Assembly (NCBI GenBank): GCA_013265495.1 | Contig: MU058218.1 | Coordinates: 1-33,977, forward strand | Length of the DNA stretch: 33,977 nt | DNA from: Vicugna vicugna | Taxonomy: Eukaryota | Reading direction: 5' to 3' | Shown: positions 1 to 10,418 of the stretch, in pieces | How the letters are laid out: the number at the start of each line of letters is the position of its first letter | Position numbering within the stretch: position 1 is the first letter of the stretch | Translations under genes and position numbers: made by a program | Notes under the pieces: model-generated | What the model was told of the DNA's origin: nothing | Database searches by the model: none | The model's input: only the letters and a program-made list of their open reading frames with translations

Positions 1-2450
1 GTCTCAGTCGTGGCCGTGACTCACGGTGTACGTGAGTAACTCTCTATATTTAATGCACGGGAGGGGGTGGTTTGCATGTCCATGCCCCACGACTCCTCCT
101 TAGAATGCCCCAGACTGAACTTTCCCTTTCCTCCCATCCTTGCCTGCTGTGCACGCACTGGACGATTATGTCCCGGGCAGCCCTTCCCATGAGCCGGTGT
201 TCAACCCCCCAACGGGTCCTTCCCTCCCTTACACCCTCTTACGTCATCTCCCAACTCCCGTGGATGCTACCACAGTCAGGCACTTGGACACACGCCCTTC
301 CTTTGTCTGACTCTGTGCTGGTCATCACCTCATCAAGTGTACTCCTGCAGCCTCGTGAATACTTTCTGGCCAGATCCCAAAAAGCGTTAGGGATCCAGAG
401 TGTCCAGGAGACCGGAGACCTGTCCTCCGCCAGGGAGGAAGGAGCATGCAGGCACGTGGGAGAGAGATGTGCATTAATTTCAAGTCAGTGTCATGGGCCA
501 ACTGAGGAAGGGCGGTGTGGACTGAAGTCTGGCTGTGACCACCTCCTGGAGGAGCAGTGATAAAACAAAGGAAGACGGGACCCACCCCGGGAAAGAATTC
601 TGGGCAGACGTTCACCTCCCATTAGAGTGTATCTCATTTTTCCCCTCAAAGCAATGTCCTGAGGGATTATTTTTATTATCCTTCCCAGTTTCAGCACTTC
701 ACTCACACTTTTTGTGTTGTCAAGCTATTTTAAATAAAAAACTCAGTAGTAGTGTTTCTTCTCTAAAATAAAGTCTTCTGCCCACAGAGATTGAGGGTCT
801 TCTATGACCATTAAGCTTACTGAACTGAAAATCGAAAATACCTACCAATACAGGTGCCATTTCTCAGCTCGATCCCCACGAAACTTCCTGCAAATTTCCC
901 TGAACAGCCCTTAAGCGATACCTGAATAAATACCGAACAACAAGAGAAGATTCTGCAAGCAAGAGCCCTGAGGATCCTGGTTTGAGGTGCACGGCCGTTG
1001 CGGTGTGTCGGGGGAGGTGCGTTTTCCTTCCAGCAATTCTTGGTTTGCATTCTCCTGCACCTGCGGCCCCTCACTGGGGGCGTTTACCGAGCGCTGTCAC
1101 GCGGCAGATCCCAAGCCCTCTGTGTGATGAGGTGGGCTCTGTTGTCAGACTCTAGCAGCGGCGACATCTCGCTTCAGCTTCGCATGGCTTGTCACATTTT
1201 TTGAATCAAAGGAATAATTTTCAAAGTCTTAGGAGGAACAACCCCCTGATTTTGGCTTCCCGCAGATGCCAACGTGGAAGATGCCCTTGGGACCAGATAG
1301 TTGAGTTGACCCCTGGAATCCCAGTTTTCCGTAAAGATTTGGATGTCCAATCCGCAGTTTTACCGAGGAAGGGGGATGTCTGTGTGTTGCACCGGCGTGC
1401 AGTCCAGCCGGCCCTGGGAGGGTGCTGGCTTCGAGAACTTCCACCCTGAGGCGCTGGTGTCGGGGTGAAGTGCTTTAACCGGGGTGACTGCAGACCTTGG
1501 ACTTTAGGTGATGAGGTAATGGTGTTGTCGTCTGTAAGTGTCATCAGATCGTGGTGGTGCTGGAGTTTCATGCCTTTAGACACGGTTGTTTCATCCACTA
1601 ATTCAGTAAGACTGTGCTTATAACAAAGCATTCATTTTAGGGGGGAGGGGGGCAACATTTTCCACAAAGCGGGCACGTCTTTTTCCATAATTGAGCCCAG
1701 GCACAACCCCGATGCTCGTGGCCTTAGGAGGTCAGCTCTAGGTTCCAGCCATAAGATGCCTGCTTTTCGGTGCTGAAGGGTAAACACCGCGCCCTGCTCA
1801 GACTGGACCGCCACCAGAGAGGACTGTTTAGACGGGCCAGGTTTTATTCAGTTGCCACACACTGGGAGGAAGATGCTCCCAGTCTTGAGACGCGATGTGA
1901 CACAGCTGCCTCCTTCCCTGGGATTTCTCACTTAAACACACTCAAGCTGCAGCACTCACAGTTCTAACGCATCCTTGAGTAGGGGTGCCAGCTTTCCATC
2001 TTCTCTGCTGGCTTAAAAGTAATTTCAGACAGTAACCCAGATGACTATTTGGATGGTTTCAGATAAGAACAGAGGGGAAGACCAAGAAGTGTGTTTAACT
2101 CGACTGTTCCAGGGCATGCTGGTGTCTTTCCAGCGCCTCCCGGCAGCACTTCCTGGCGGAAATTGGTGTCTGCGTGCCCCGTCTGCTGCTCAGCCTCTTT
2201 AAAGAAGTCAGACGTGCATTCAGTATATCAGCTCACATTAGGGAGCTGAGATGGGAGACCCTTTCAGGGTCGACTTTTCCTTCTCTTCGGTTTGTTACTG
2301 CTTTATTCTTGTGGTGCTGTCTTGTTTTTAGTAACCACAATAAAACCTAATCAGCATACTTAACCCTGCTGTTAGGTATGAATGAGGCGGCAGGTTGCTT
2401 ATCAGTCTGAAGTGGCCTGTGTCCAGCTGGCTAAGAGAGAGGCAGCCTCA

Positions 2451-2625
2451 GGGGGAAGGGTGGAGCTCAGTGGTGGAGCGTGTGCTTAGTATGCTTGAGG
2501 TCCTGGGTTCAGTCCCCAGTGCCTCCATTAAAATAAATAAATAAAAATAAATAAACCTATTTACCCCTCCTCCCAAAATTTTAAAAAATAAAATTAAAAA
2601 ATTAAAACATCAAAAGAAAAAAGAG
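2451..2625 (+). mobile_element. tRNA-derived SINE (camelid-type)
   Basis: Head gggggaagggtggagctcagtggtggagcg (A-box-like), gggttcagtccc (B-box-like), then an A-rich tail with aaacctatttacccc. Confidence 0.85.
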
Positions 2626-2633
2626 GAAGCTTT

Positions 2634-2764
2634 GGGGGGAGGGTACAGCTCAGTGGTATAGCATATGCTTAGCATACACAAGGTCCTGGGTCCAATCCCA
2701 GCACCTCTGTTAAATAAATAAAATACATATATAAAAATAAACCTAATTACCCCCTAGTTTTTTT
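2634..2764 (+). mobile_element. tRNA-derived SINE, second tandem copy (runs into gap)
   Basis: ggggagggtacagctcagtggtatagcatatgcttagcatacacaaggtcctgggtccaatccc followed by an A-rich tail. Confidence 0.85.
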
Positions 2765-3041
2765 NNNNNNNNNNNNNNNNNNNNNNNNNNNNNNNNNNNN
2801 NNNNNNNNNNNNNNNNNNNNNNNNNNNNNNNNNNNNNNNNNNNNNNNNNNNNNNNNNNNNNNNNNNNNNNNNNNNNNNNNNNNNNNNNNNNNNNNNNNNN
2901 NNNNNNNNNNNNNNNNNNNNNNNNNNNNNNNNNNNNNNNNNNNNNNNNNNNNNNNNNNNNNNNNNNNNNNNNNNNNNNNNNNNNNNNNNNNNNNNNNNNN
3001 NNNNNNNNNNNNNNNNNNNNNNNNNNNNNNNNNNNNNNNNN
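2765..3041. other. Assembly gap
   Basis: Run of N. Confidence 0.99.
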
Positions 3042-3063
3042 AAAAAAAAAAGGAAGCAGCTTT

Positions 3064-3347
3064 AGGGAGAGGGTGTATAGCTTTGTGGTTGCAGTGTGAG
3101 GTCCTGGCTTCAATCCCCAGTGTCTCAGAAAAACATATATATGTGTGTGTATGTATAACTGAATCACTTTGCTGTACACCTGAAACTAACATTGTCAATC
3201 GACTACACTTCAATTAAATTTTAATTTAAAAGAAGAAAAAATACATATAAATAAATTAACCTAATTACTTTCCCCTCCCCCAACATTTAAAAAAATAAAA
3301 TTAAAAATTTTTTTTTAATTTAAAACATTAAAAAAAACAAGAAAGGA
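3064..3347 (+). mobile_element. tRNA-derived SINE with an inserted L1/CHR-type 3' tail
   Basis: Degenerate head gggagagggtgtatagct..gaggtcctggcttcaatcccc, then ctgaatcactttgctgtacacctgaaactaacattgtcaatcgactacacttcaa (cetartiodactyl L1 3' end), then the SINE tail. Confidence 0.75.
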
Positions 3348-3748
3348 AGAAGCAGCATCAATATTCATAAGCCCTAAAAATTTGGTGACAGACAATGCTA
3401 CTCAGGGTAAACATTTGTGTATGTGAGTGTGTTTGCCCAGGTAAGGTTCATTGTAAAGGCTGTATTTTTAAGATTGCCCTCAACACAGAAATGCCAACAA
3501 AAAGATAAGCTCGGTGTTTTTAGAGATAAGGATTTATTGTGAAAAGGCAGGCAGTTCTGAGAGCATTTCCCCAAATAGGAAGTAGGCTTTCCTTTTTCTA
3601 CGCAGAGACAATAATCCACACGTAACATATTTAAGGTGGCCACGATCAAGTACAAACACGCTGAGAGACTGCTTTTTTTTTTTAATGAACACGGGAGAAG
3701 TCAGCAGGGGAACTTCCTCCTGCAGGCTGCTGTCTTGAGCTGTAAACA

Positions 3749-4256
3749 NNNNNNNNNNNNNNNNNNNNNNNNNNNNNNNNNNNNNNNNNNNNNNNNNNNN
3801 NNNNNNNNNNNNNNNNNNNNNNNNNNNNNNNNNNNNNNNNNNNNNNNNNNNNNNNNNNNNNNNNNNNNNNNNNNNNNNNNNNNNNNNNNNNNNNNNNNNN
3901 NNNNNNNNNNNNNNNNNNNNNNNNNNNNNNNNNNNNNNNNNNNNNNNNNNNNNNNNNNNNNNNNNNNNNNNNNNNNNNNNNNNNNNNNNNNNNNNNNNNN
4001 NNNNNNNNNNNNNNNNNNNNNNNNNNNNNNNNNNNNNNNNNNNNNNNNNNNNNNNNNNNNNNNNNNNNNNNNNNNNNNNNNNNNNNNNNNNNNNNNNNNN
4101 NNNNNNNNNNNNNNNNNNNNNNNNNNNNNNNNNNNNNNNNNNNNNNNNNNNNNNNNNNNNNNNNNNNNNNNNNNNNNNNNNNNNNNNNNNNNNNNNNNNN
4201 NNNNNNNNNNNNNNNNNNNNNNNNNNNNNNNNNNNNNNNNNNNNNNNNNNNNNNNN
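3749..4256. other. Assembly gap
   Basis: Run of N. Confidence 0.99.
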
Positions 4257-4796
4257 TGTAATTTTTTTTTTGCTGAACTTCCATACTGTTTTCCATAGTG
4301 GCTCAACAGATTTACATTCCCGCCAATGATGCACAGGATTTCGGGGAAATGACACCAAAAGCACAGCAAGAAAAGCAAAAATCAAACTGGTAGTACTTCA
4401 TCAAACTGAGCAGCTTCCGCACATCAGAAGACACAATCAGCAAAACTGAAAAGGCGACTTGTGGAATGGAACAGAACACATGCACACCAAACACCGGATT
4501 AGGAGTTGTTACCCAAAATGCACAAAAAAGCCACACAATTCAATAACCAGTAAAACAGAACAAAACAAAAATCTGATTGTAAAATGGGCAGAGGAACTTA
4601 GGAAACATTTATCCAAGGAAGATGTACAGATGGCCAACAGGTCCAGGAAAAGATGCTAAACGTCACTGATAACAAGTGAGCTGCCAAGCAAAACCACCCT
4701 GAGATACCACCTCACACATGTTAGAATGTCTTCTTCATCAAGACAAGAGATGGCAGGTGGTGGCAAGGAAGTGGAGAAAACAGACCCTCTTGTATC
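4257..4796. mobile_element. L1 fragment with 5' inversion (about 4257-4340 on -, about 4341-4796 on +)
   Basis: The minus part encodes the L1 ORF2 C-terminal motif HHWRECKSVEPLWKTVWKF. The plus part is the immediately upstream ORF2 region (atgacaccaaaagcacag...IVKWAEELRKHLSKEDVQMANR...gtggagaaaa). Confidence 0.85.
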
Positions 4797-4859
4797 TGGC
4801 GATTACCTAGAATTCTTAAATTTAAAAGCTGAAGAGGAACTTAAAGGTGACTGAGTTTA

Positions 4860-4930
4860 GCAGCCATGCTTTACAGAGGAGGAAATGGAGGCTGATGGGG
4901 CTTCCGGATTGGCTCAGGTCCCTCTCCTGG
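4860..4930 (-). mobile_element. MIR core fragment
   Basis: ccatgctttacagaggaggaaatggaggct resembles the MIR core (cccattttacagatgaggaaactgaggct). Confidence 0.5.
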
Positions 4931-5457
4931 TGCCGCAGTTTCTGGGTCCCTGCAGGCTCCCCGACTCCCGACCAGGGGCTTCTTTCATATCGAGCTGCCA
5001 CTCAGGGTGACTCTCCCCAAGGAACTGACATGGCCTCACCATGTGTAGGATCATGGCCACGTGCCCCTGACGGTTTAGAAATGCGTGCTTGGGCAGGACA
5101 GCTCAGCTGCATCAAGGTTTCAGATCTCTCTTCTGGTCTTCCACCGTCTGTCCTCCCAAAGTGCTGTGCCTGCACGCGTCATCCACCCAGGGGCTTGCTG
5201 CCACCCTGCACATCAGAGCAGAAAAGCTTCCTTCTGGCTTACTAAGCAGGGGCATGGATTAAGTTAGTGATGTATGTTATAGAACCTAGACTCTGCCTTC
5301 CATCGCTGACCACGGTCACTCACTCAGTAGCCCCAGAGCAATCTATCACTTCAGAATGCACATCAGTTTTCATGGCAACTGAGATACGGGGTGGGGGATG
5401 TGCAAATCCAGTTTTCACTTGGAGGCACTTGGCCCAATCGTCAGCGTTTTTATACAG

Positions 5458-6165
5458 CTAAGACATTGCTGGAATTTTCTAGTCTAGACAGTAAGTAAAG
5501 GAGGGCAGGGAGGCTTTGGTTAGAGGAAAAATTAAAACATAAAATAGTAAACGCTGTTTTTCTCCTCCAACTTCTTTTTATTTTTTGTTCCATTGCTCTT
5601 CTTTTTCTCTGAAAATCCCTGTACACAGCTTCAAAAAGCAGAACTTCACAAGTGAACAACTCGATTGTTCCTTGAACAAGTGGGTGGGGTGACAGTCACA
5701 AGAAAACCCTTAAAAAATAAAAGGACTGTCTTTCTCTGTTCTGTCCCAAGGTTGAATCTTTGAATCCAGGGGAAGTGAGTTTATTCTCCGCTCCTGCTTT
5801 TTTGGGTGGGGACTGCTGGGTGTGCTTGAAATGTGTGGGTGTGTGGTGATCTTCTTAAAACTGTATCTTATTTTAATTTAAATATTTAAAAGCATCGAGG
5901 TTAATGGCAGCAACTAGTATATGCCTGCAGTAGCATTTGCTGAGTTATTTTTTTCCAGCCTTTGTCATTGGAGGGGATTGATGTCTGATACTTCACTGAA
6001 CCCAAGATGTGCATATTCTTTTTGTCCCACATCACTGACTTAATTTTGTTTTGCTTCCTTTTGTAGAACTTGTTTCAACCTTCTCTCCCCAATACTGCCT
6101 TCAGTTGGAACATTTCATTGCTTCTGAAGGAATGCTATGTACCTTTCCAGCAGATGTGGAAGCAG
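5458..6165 (+). pseudogene. Candidate multi-exon fragment of an unidentified gene (five short phase-0 exons), apparently decayed
   Basis: Segments: 5458-5490 (33 nt, tatacag|..|gtaagt), 5629-5679 (51 nt, cag|..|gtgggt), 5751-5774 (24 nt, cccaag|..|gtgagt), 5959-5982 (24 nt, ttttccag|..|gtctga, weak) and 6067-6165 (99 nt, ttttgtag|..CAG|ataagc). Spliced: LRHCWNFLV*T-LQKAELHK*TTRLFLEQ-VESLNPGE-PLSLEGID-NLFQPSLPNTAFSWNISLLLKECYVPFQQMWKQ. Protein not recognised. Confidence 0.55.
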
Positions 6166-6263
6166 ATAAGCCAAATCCATACCTTTAATAACAATGTTAT
6201 ATCATGTCTGAAATACACATCTGCACTCTGACGCCTCAGTGAACAATATATACTTTAAAAAAT

Positions 6264-6345
6264 GTTTTTTTGAAATGTAATTGATTTACAGTGTTAGTTT
6301 CAGGTGTCCAGCAAAGTGATTCAGTTAATCACTATATAACTGAAT
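6264..6345 (-). mobile_element. Short L1/CHR-type 3' tail fragment
   Basis: ttgatttacagtgttagtttcaggtgtccagcaaagtgattcagtta is the reverse complement of the tail seen at 3160-3215. Confidence 0.7.
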
Positions 6346-6829
6346 ATACACATTTTGTATTGGCTTTGTGTGCTGTTTACTCCCTTCATGCAAATCAACA
6401 CATTCCCTTTATTTTGTATCATCATAGTCGTGAGAAGTAACTCAGTTATTGTTTGAGCATCTCTGAGCCTTAATTCTCCCTTTATATAAACATATACATT
6501 TTGGCTTATACTTTAAAAATCTGCAAAAGAAATTGCAGTAACTTTTTCAGATTATAAGTGGAATCAATATTAACCAGAATGGTTAAATTCATCATGAAAA
6601 CTTTTATTAGATAATTGCTTATTTACAGCTATATTGTAGTTATCAATCATAATAGCACTCCCTATCAAAGCAGTTTTGCATTTCTTGGACAATGAGAAAA
6701 TTACTAGGAGTGAAGACAAATATACTCAGTTTGGTTTCTACTCTTACAGGTTGGAGAGAATAATTGGAAATAGCTTAGTGCTAAGATTTTAGCCAGAATC
6801 TTAACATTTTTGAAAATACAGATTTAAAA

Positions 6830-7325
6830 TAAGAAAGAAGTTGTGGTACATTTATACAGCAGAATACTACTCTGCCATAAAAAAGAATAAAACCATGCCA
6901 TTTGCTGCAACATGGATAGACCTGGAGAATGCCATTCTAAGTGAAGTAAACCAGAAAGAGAAAGAAAAATACCATATGATATCACTCATATGTGAAACTT
7001 TAAAAAAGACACAAATGAACTTATTTATAAAATCAGACTCACAGACATAGAGAACAAACTTATGGTTACCAGGGTGGAATGGGGTGGGACAGGATAAGTT
7101 GAGAGACTGAGATGTGCAGATGCTAATGACTATATACAAGATACATAACAAGTTTATACTGTAGAGCACAGGGAACTATATTTAACATCTTGTAGTAACC
7201 TAGAATGAAAAAGAATAGGAAAACAAATATATGTATGTACATGGATGACTGAAACCAGGAATTGACACAACATTGTAAAAAAAAATTAATAAATAATAAA
7301 TTTAAATTAAAAAAATTTAAATAAC
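6830..7325 (+). mobile_element. 5'-truncated L1 3' end with A-rich tail
   Basis: Translates to WYIYTAEYYSAIKKNKTMPFAATWIDLENAILSEVNQKEKEKYHMISLIC (L1 ORF2 end), followed by the L1 3'UTR and poly(A). Confidence 0.93.
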
Positions 7326-7549
7326 GATAAAATCAGTGTTGACCCAAGACTGCAGCATTATTTTCTGCCAATTATTTTTTCTATAAAACTGCCCCGCTTC
7401 CCCACCATGGCAAAGCGGGGCCCCACGCCCACAGAGCGTGAGTCCCAGCAAGGGCAGGGTCTGCCCCAGAGGACAGGTGTCCTTCTTCCTGACTGACAGA
7501 CCAGCTTCTGCTTTTCCAGCCTCTTCCCCTTGGGACAGCCTGGAGAGGA

Positions 7550-8050
7550 GAAGAGGTGTTTCCAGTTTGACACAGCTGAGATGTAGGGGATGGTGACGGC
7601 ACTGAGAAGGGTTTCAGGGATACACTGCATTTCAAGAAAGGCTGTTGCAAGTGTAAAGATTTCTTCTGTAGTTCACAAGAGGGAGAGAGAGTCTTGCCCA
7701 CAGGGGCAGGGGGGAAGGTACAAGGTCTGAGACACATGTGACCTGTGCGGCAGCTCGTGAACAGACTAGACCGATCGGGACACAACGTGCTTGTCTTTGA
7801 TGATCTGAGGATTAGGTGGGAAAGGCGAGCGAGGTCAGACAGTGAGGATCCCGAGTGCAGGGAAAGGAATTTGGATTTTATCCTCCAGATGAGAGATCAC
7901 TCTAGGCGTTTGTCCAAATTCATCACATGACCAGCAATAACTTGTTTTAGGTAGATTAACCCAAGGTTGTGCAGCACGAAATAAAAGCAGTAAGGACAGA
8001 CTGAAGCAAGGAACAGCTCAAGGCTGCTCTGTGTCATCCATGGTTGTCGG
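7550..8050 (-). mobile_element. Probable old L2 fragment
   Basis: Purine-rich sequence with ggaatttggattttatcct... and other motifs typical of antisense L2. Boundaries approximate. Confidence 0.45.
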
Positions 8051-8369
8051 TCTCTACCTGACATCCAAGAAATGGGAGGACCTAACAGGATCTTTTTTTT
8101 ATTATAGCAAATGTTATCATTTTTACCTGGTCCTCAAAAAGAATCCAGACTTATTATACAGAAAATGCTGAAAACATGGATAGTATATGGAAGAAAATTA
8201 AAATCACCCATTCTCATTAAAACCAGAGATGAATACTCTTGGTATATTTGACACTTTTGATTTTTTTTTGTTTTATTTCAATTAATGTATGTCAAAGAAT
8301 CATGGTATATTAATGTTCTGTTTTATATGGCTTGGATTTCTTGTAATTTACTACCTAGTGGCCATTTCT

Positions 8370-8557
8370 GTTTTTGTTGTTCTTTTGTTGTTGTTTTTAA
8401 TTGAAGTACAGTCAGTTACAATGTGTCAGTTTCTGGTGTGCAGCACCATGTCCCAGTCATGCATATACATACATATATTCCTTTTCATATTCTTTTTGAT
8501 TAAAATTTATTACAAGAAATTGAATATATTTCCCTGTGCTGTATGGAAGAAATTTGT
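8370..8557 (-). mobile_element. Short L1-3'-end-derived element
   Basis: Poly(T)-rich lead-in, then ttgaagtacagtcagttacaatgtgtcagtttctggtgtgcagcac...tccctgtgctgtatggaagaaa. A closely related copy is at about 15410-15575. Confidence 0.8.
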
Positions 8558-8984
8558 TTATTTTAATAAAGAAAATATCCTAGAAGTCCTCATTTTTAAT
8601 GCCTGTACAGTAATTTCACCTTAAGAGTACAGCATTGTTAACTATTCCACTATCGTAAATTTTGATCTTTATCAATGTTTTGTTACTGTAAATACTATTC
8701 TGATAAGCACCAGTCAACATAGTCAACATAAATATTTTATTTAATATGATTTTTCTCCCTTCCCTGCAAATAAACTAATTAATTTAAAAAAAAAACTCAG
8801 TGGAGCCTTTGTTTCTTATTTTTTTGTCCTGTTTTGATTTTGGTTTGTATCTCCCACTCCCCTTCCACAGTCCACTATAAAAATTGGGAGGCAGTTTCTA
8901 ATGTTTCTAATTGAACATTTCCTGAAATTATCACCTCCTTTTGGCGCTTGCTGTTTCAAATGGTGTATTTTAGTCTATTGCTCT

Positions 8985-9640
8985 AGACCTGGACATTTAG
9001 GGGGTTTTCACTTTTTCTCCTTTTCAATACTGTGATGACTTGATATTCACATGCACGTATTTCCAAGGGTATGAATAAAAGGATACAAACGTCCAAAGTG
9101 AATTACTGGGCCCTGGGACAGATGCACCTTCAACTCTAGCATCCTGTGTCCATCAGTTACATCCACCAAAGTGGTACCAACTTACACTCACTTCTGCAGG
9201 CAGAGCAGAGAGATTCAATTTACCTGCATCCTTGGCAGTCCTTTCTTTTATGTGCTTGCCAACCTCATGGAAGTGAAATGGTATCTCCTTTTTTTGAAAT
9301 ATCTCTGTGTTGCTTTTCTCTGATAACTAATGAATTTTAGCATGTTTTTGTACATCCAGTGGCCATTCAAGCTTCTTACCTGAAATTTGCCCATTTTCTG
9401 TTATTTGTCTTTTTTTAATACATAGTCTATCCTGTGACAGGTATATGGTTTGCCAAAGTGTTCTCCCAGTATCTGGATTTTGATTCTTGTATAGCATAAA
9501 ATTTAGGCAAATTTATTAAAGTTATCTCTTATGTTTTGGGTGTTTTTTAACTTGATTGCCAAGTTCTCCAGTGTCATAGGCTCTCAGCTGTATTTTCTTG
9601 TAATTCTTTACAGGTTAATTGCTTTATAATAAATTTTTAA
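8985..9640 (-). mobile_element. Old L1M fragment
   Basis: Antisense L1 motifs ggacatttagg, ccaaagtggtaccaacttacactc, gtgaaatggtatctc, ctgataactaatgaa, tggccattc. Confidence 0.7.
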
Positions 9641-10055
9641 TTCAACTGACACTCATTTGTGTAACAACCAGGTTATTTTCCAGAATGAGGAAAGTGAAAA
9701 GTGGAAACAAAAAATATTGGGTAGACTCTATACGGGCTTCCATTGTATAAGTCCCTACCTGAACCACTGAGATGTATTCTTTATTGTTCAAACACCAGAG
9801 ACCCACACCCACCATGGCTTGTGGTGAGGAAAGTGAACGTCTTTCCCGTTGAAAATCTTTTCCCACAGAGACCCTGTCCAAGTTCATCTCCATGAAGTCT
9901 TTGTGAAGGAATGGCTGCTCACTGGGGCTGAACATAATTTCACCTCCGGGGGTTTTCAGCCTGGTCTTCAGCCACCTACTTAACTTCACACATGAGCCTG
10001 GAAGGAGCCCATTGTCCCTTTTAAAACAGTTGACATAGGTCCGTTTTCCTTTCAG

Positions 10056-10263
10056 CAGTTCACAGAAACCGTGAGTCCTTCAATGTTGCCCACCATGGCC
10101 CTGCCCCTGGACCTCCTTAATAATGCGGTCACTGCCTTCAGTACCTTAGAAGACCTGATTCGGTATCTTGAACCAGACAGATGGCAGTTGGACTTGGAAG
10201 ACCTGTACAGGCCAACGTGGCGACTGCTGGGCAAAGCTTTTGCTTTTGGAAGGAAGTCCAGAG
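10056..10263 (+). CDS. PDGFC: PDGFC exon 4 (hinge region; pseudo-exon, donor mutated)
   Basis: Acceptor ttttcctttcag|CAG. 208 nt encoding QFTETVSPSMLPTMALPLDLLNNAVTAFSTLEDLIRYLEPDRWQLDLEDLYRPTWRLLGKAFAFGRKSR+G, matching the PDGF-C hinge including the RKSR activation-cleavage motif. Followed by TTAAGC rather than GT. Confidence 0.95.
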
Positions 10264-10348
10264 TTAAGCACCCTCTTCAGGTTAGAACCCCATTTAATTT
10301 TCTCCACAGCTAATGTTTCAGATTCTTCTGCCCCAACTTTGGATGAGT

Positions 10349-10418
10349 NNNNNNNNNNNNNNNNNNNNNNNNNNNNNNNNNNNNNNNNNNNNNNNNNNNN
10401 NNNNNNNNNNNNNNNNNN
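10349..10418. other. Assembly gap
   Basis: Run of N. Confidence 0.99.

Noticed and set aside
2451..2530. tRNA gene
   Set aside because: A- and B-box-like motifs continue into an A-rich SINE tail and recur at five sites, so these are tRNA-derived SINE heads.
2743..4385. Long ORFs in the track (also 23424-24292 and 10168-10543)
   Set aside because: Artefacts of translating through N gaps.
5458..5490. Resemblance of HCWNFLV to an APOBEC/AID helix motif, or of the short phase-0 exons to caseins
   Set aside because: No deaminase HxE/PCxxC motifs, no casein SSEE or proline/glutamine-rich sequence, and the exon structure does not fit APOBECs.
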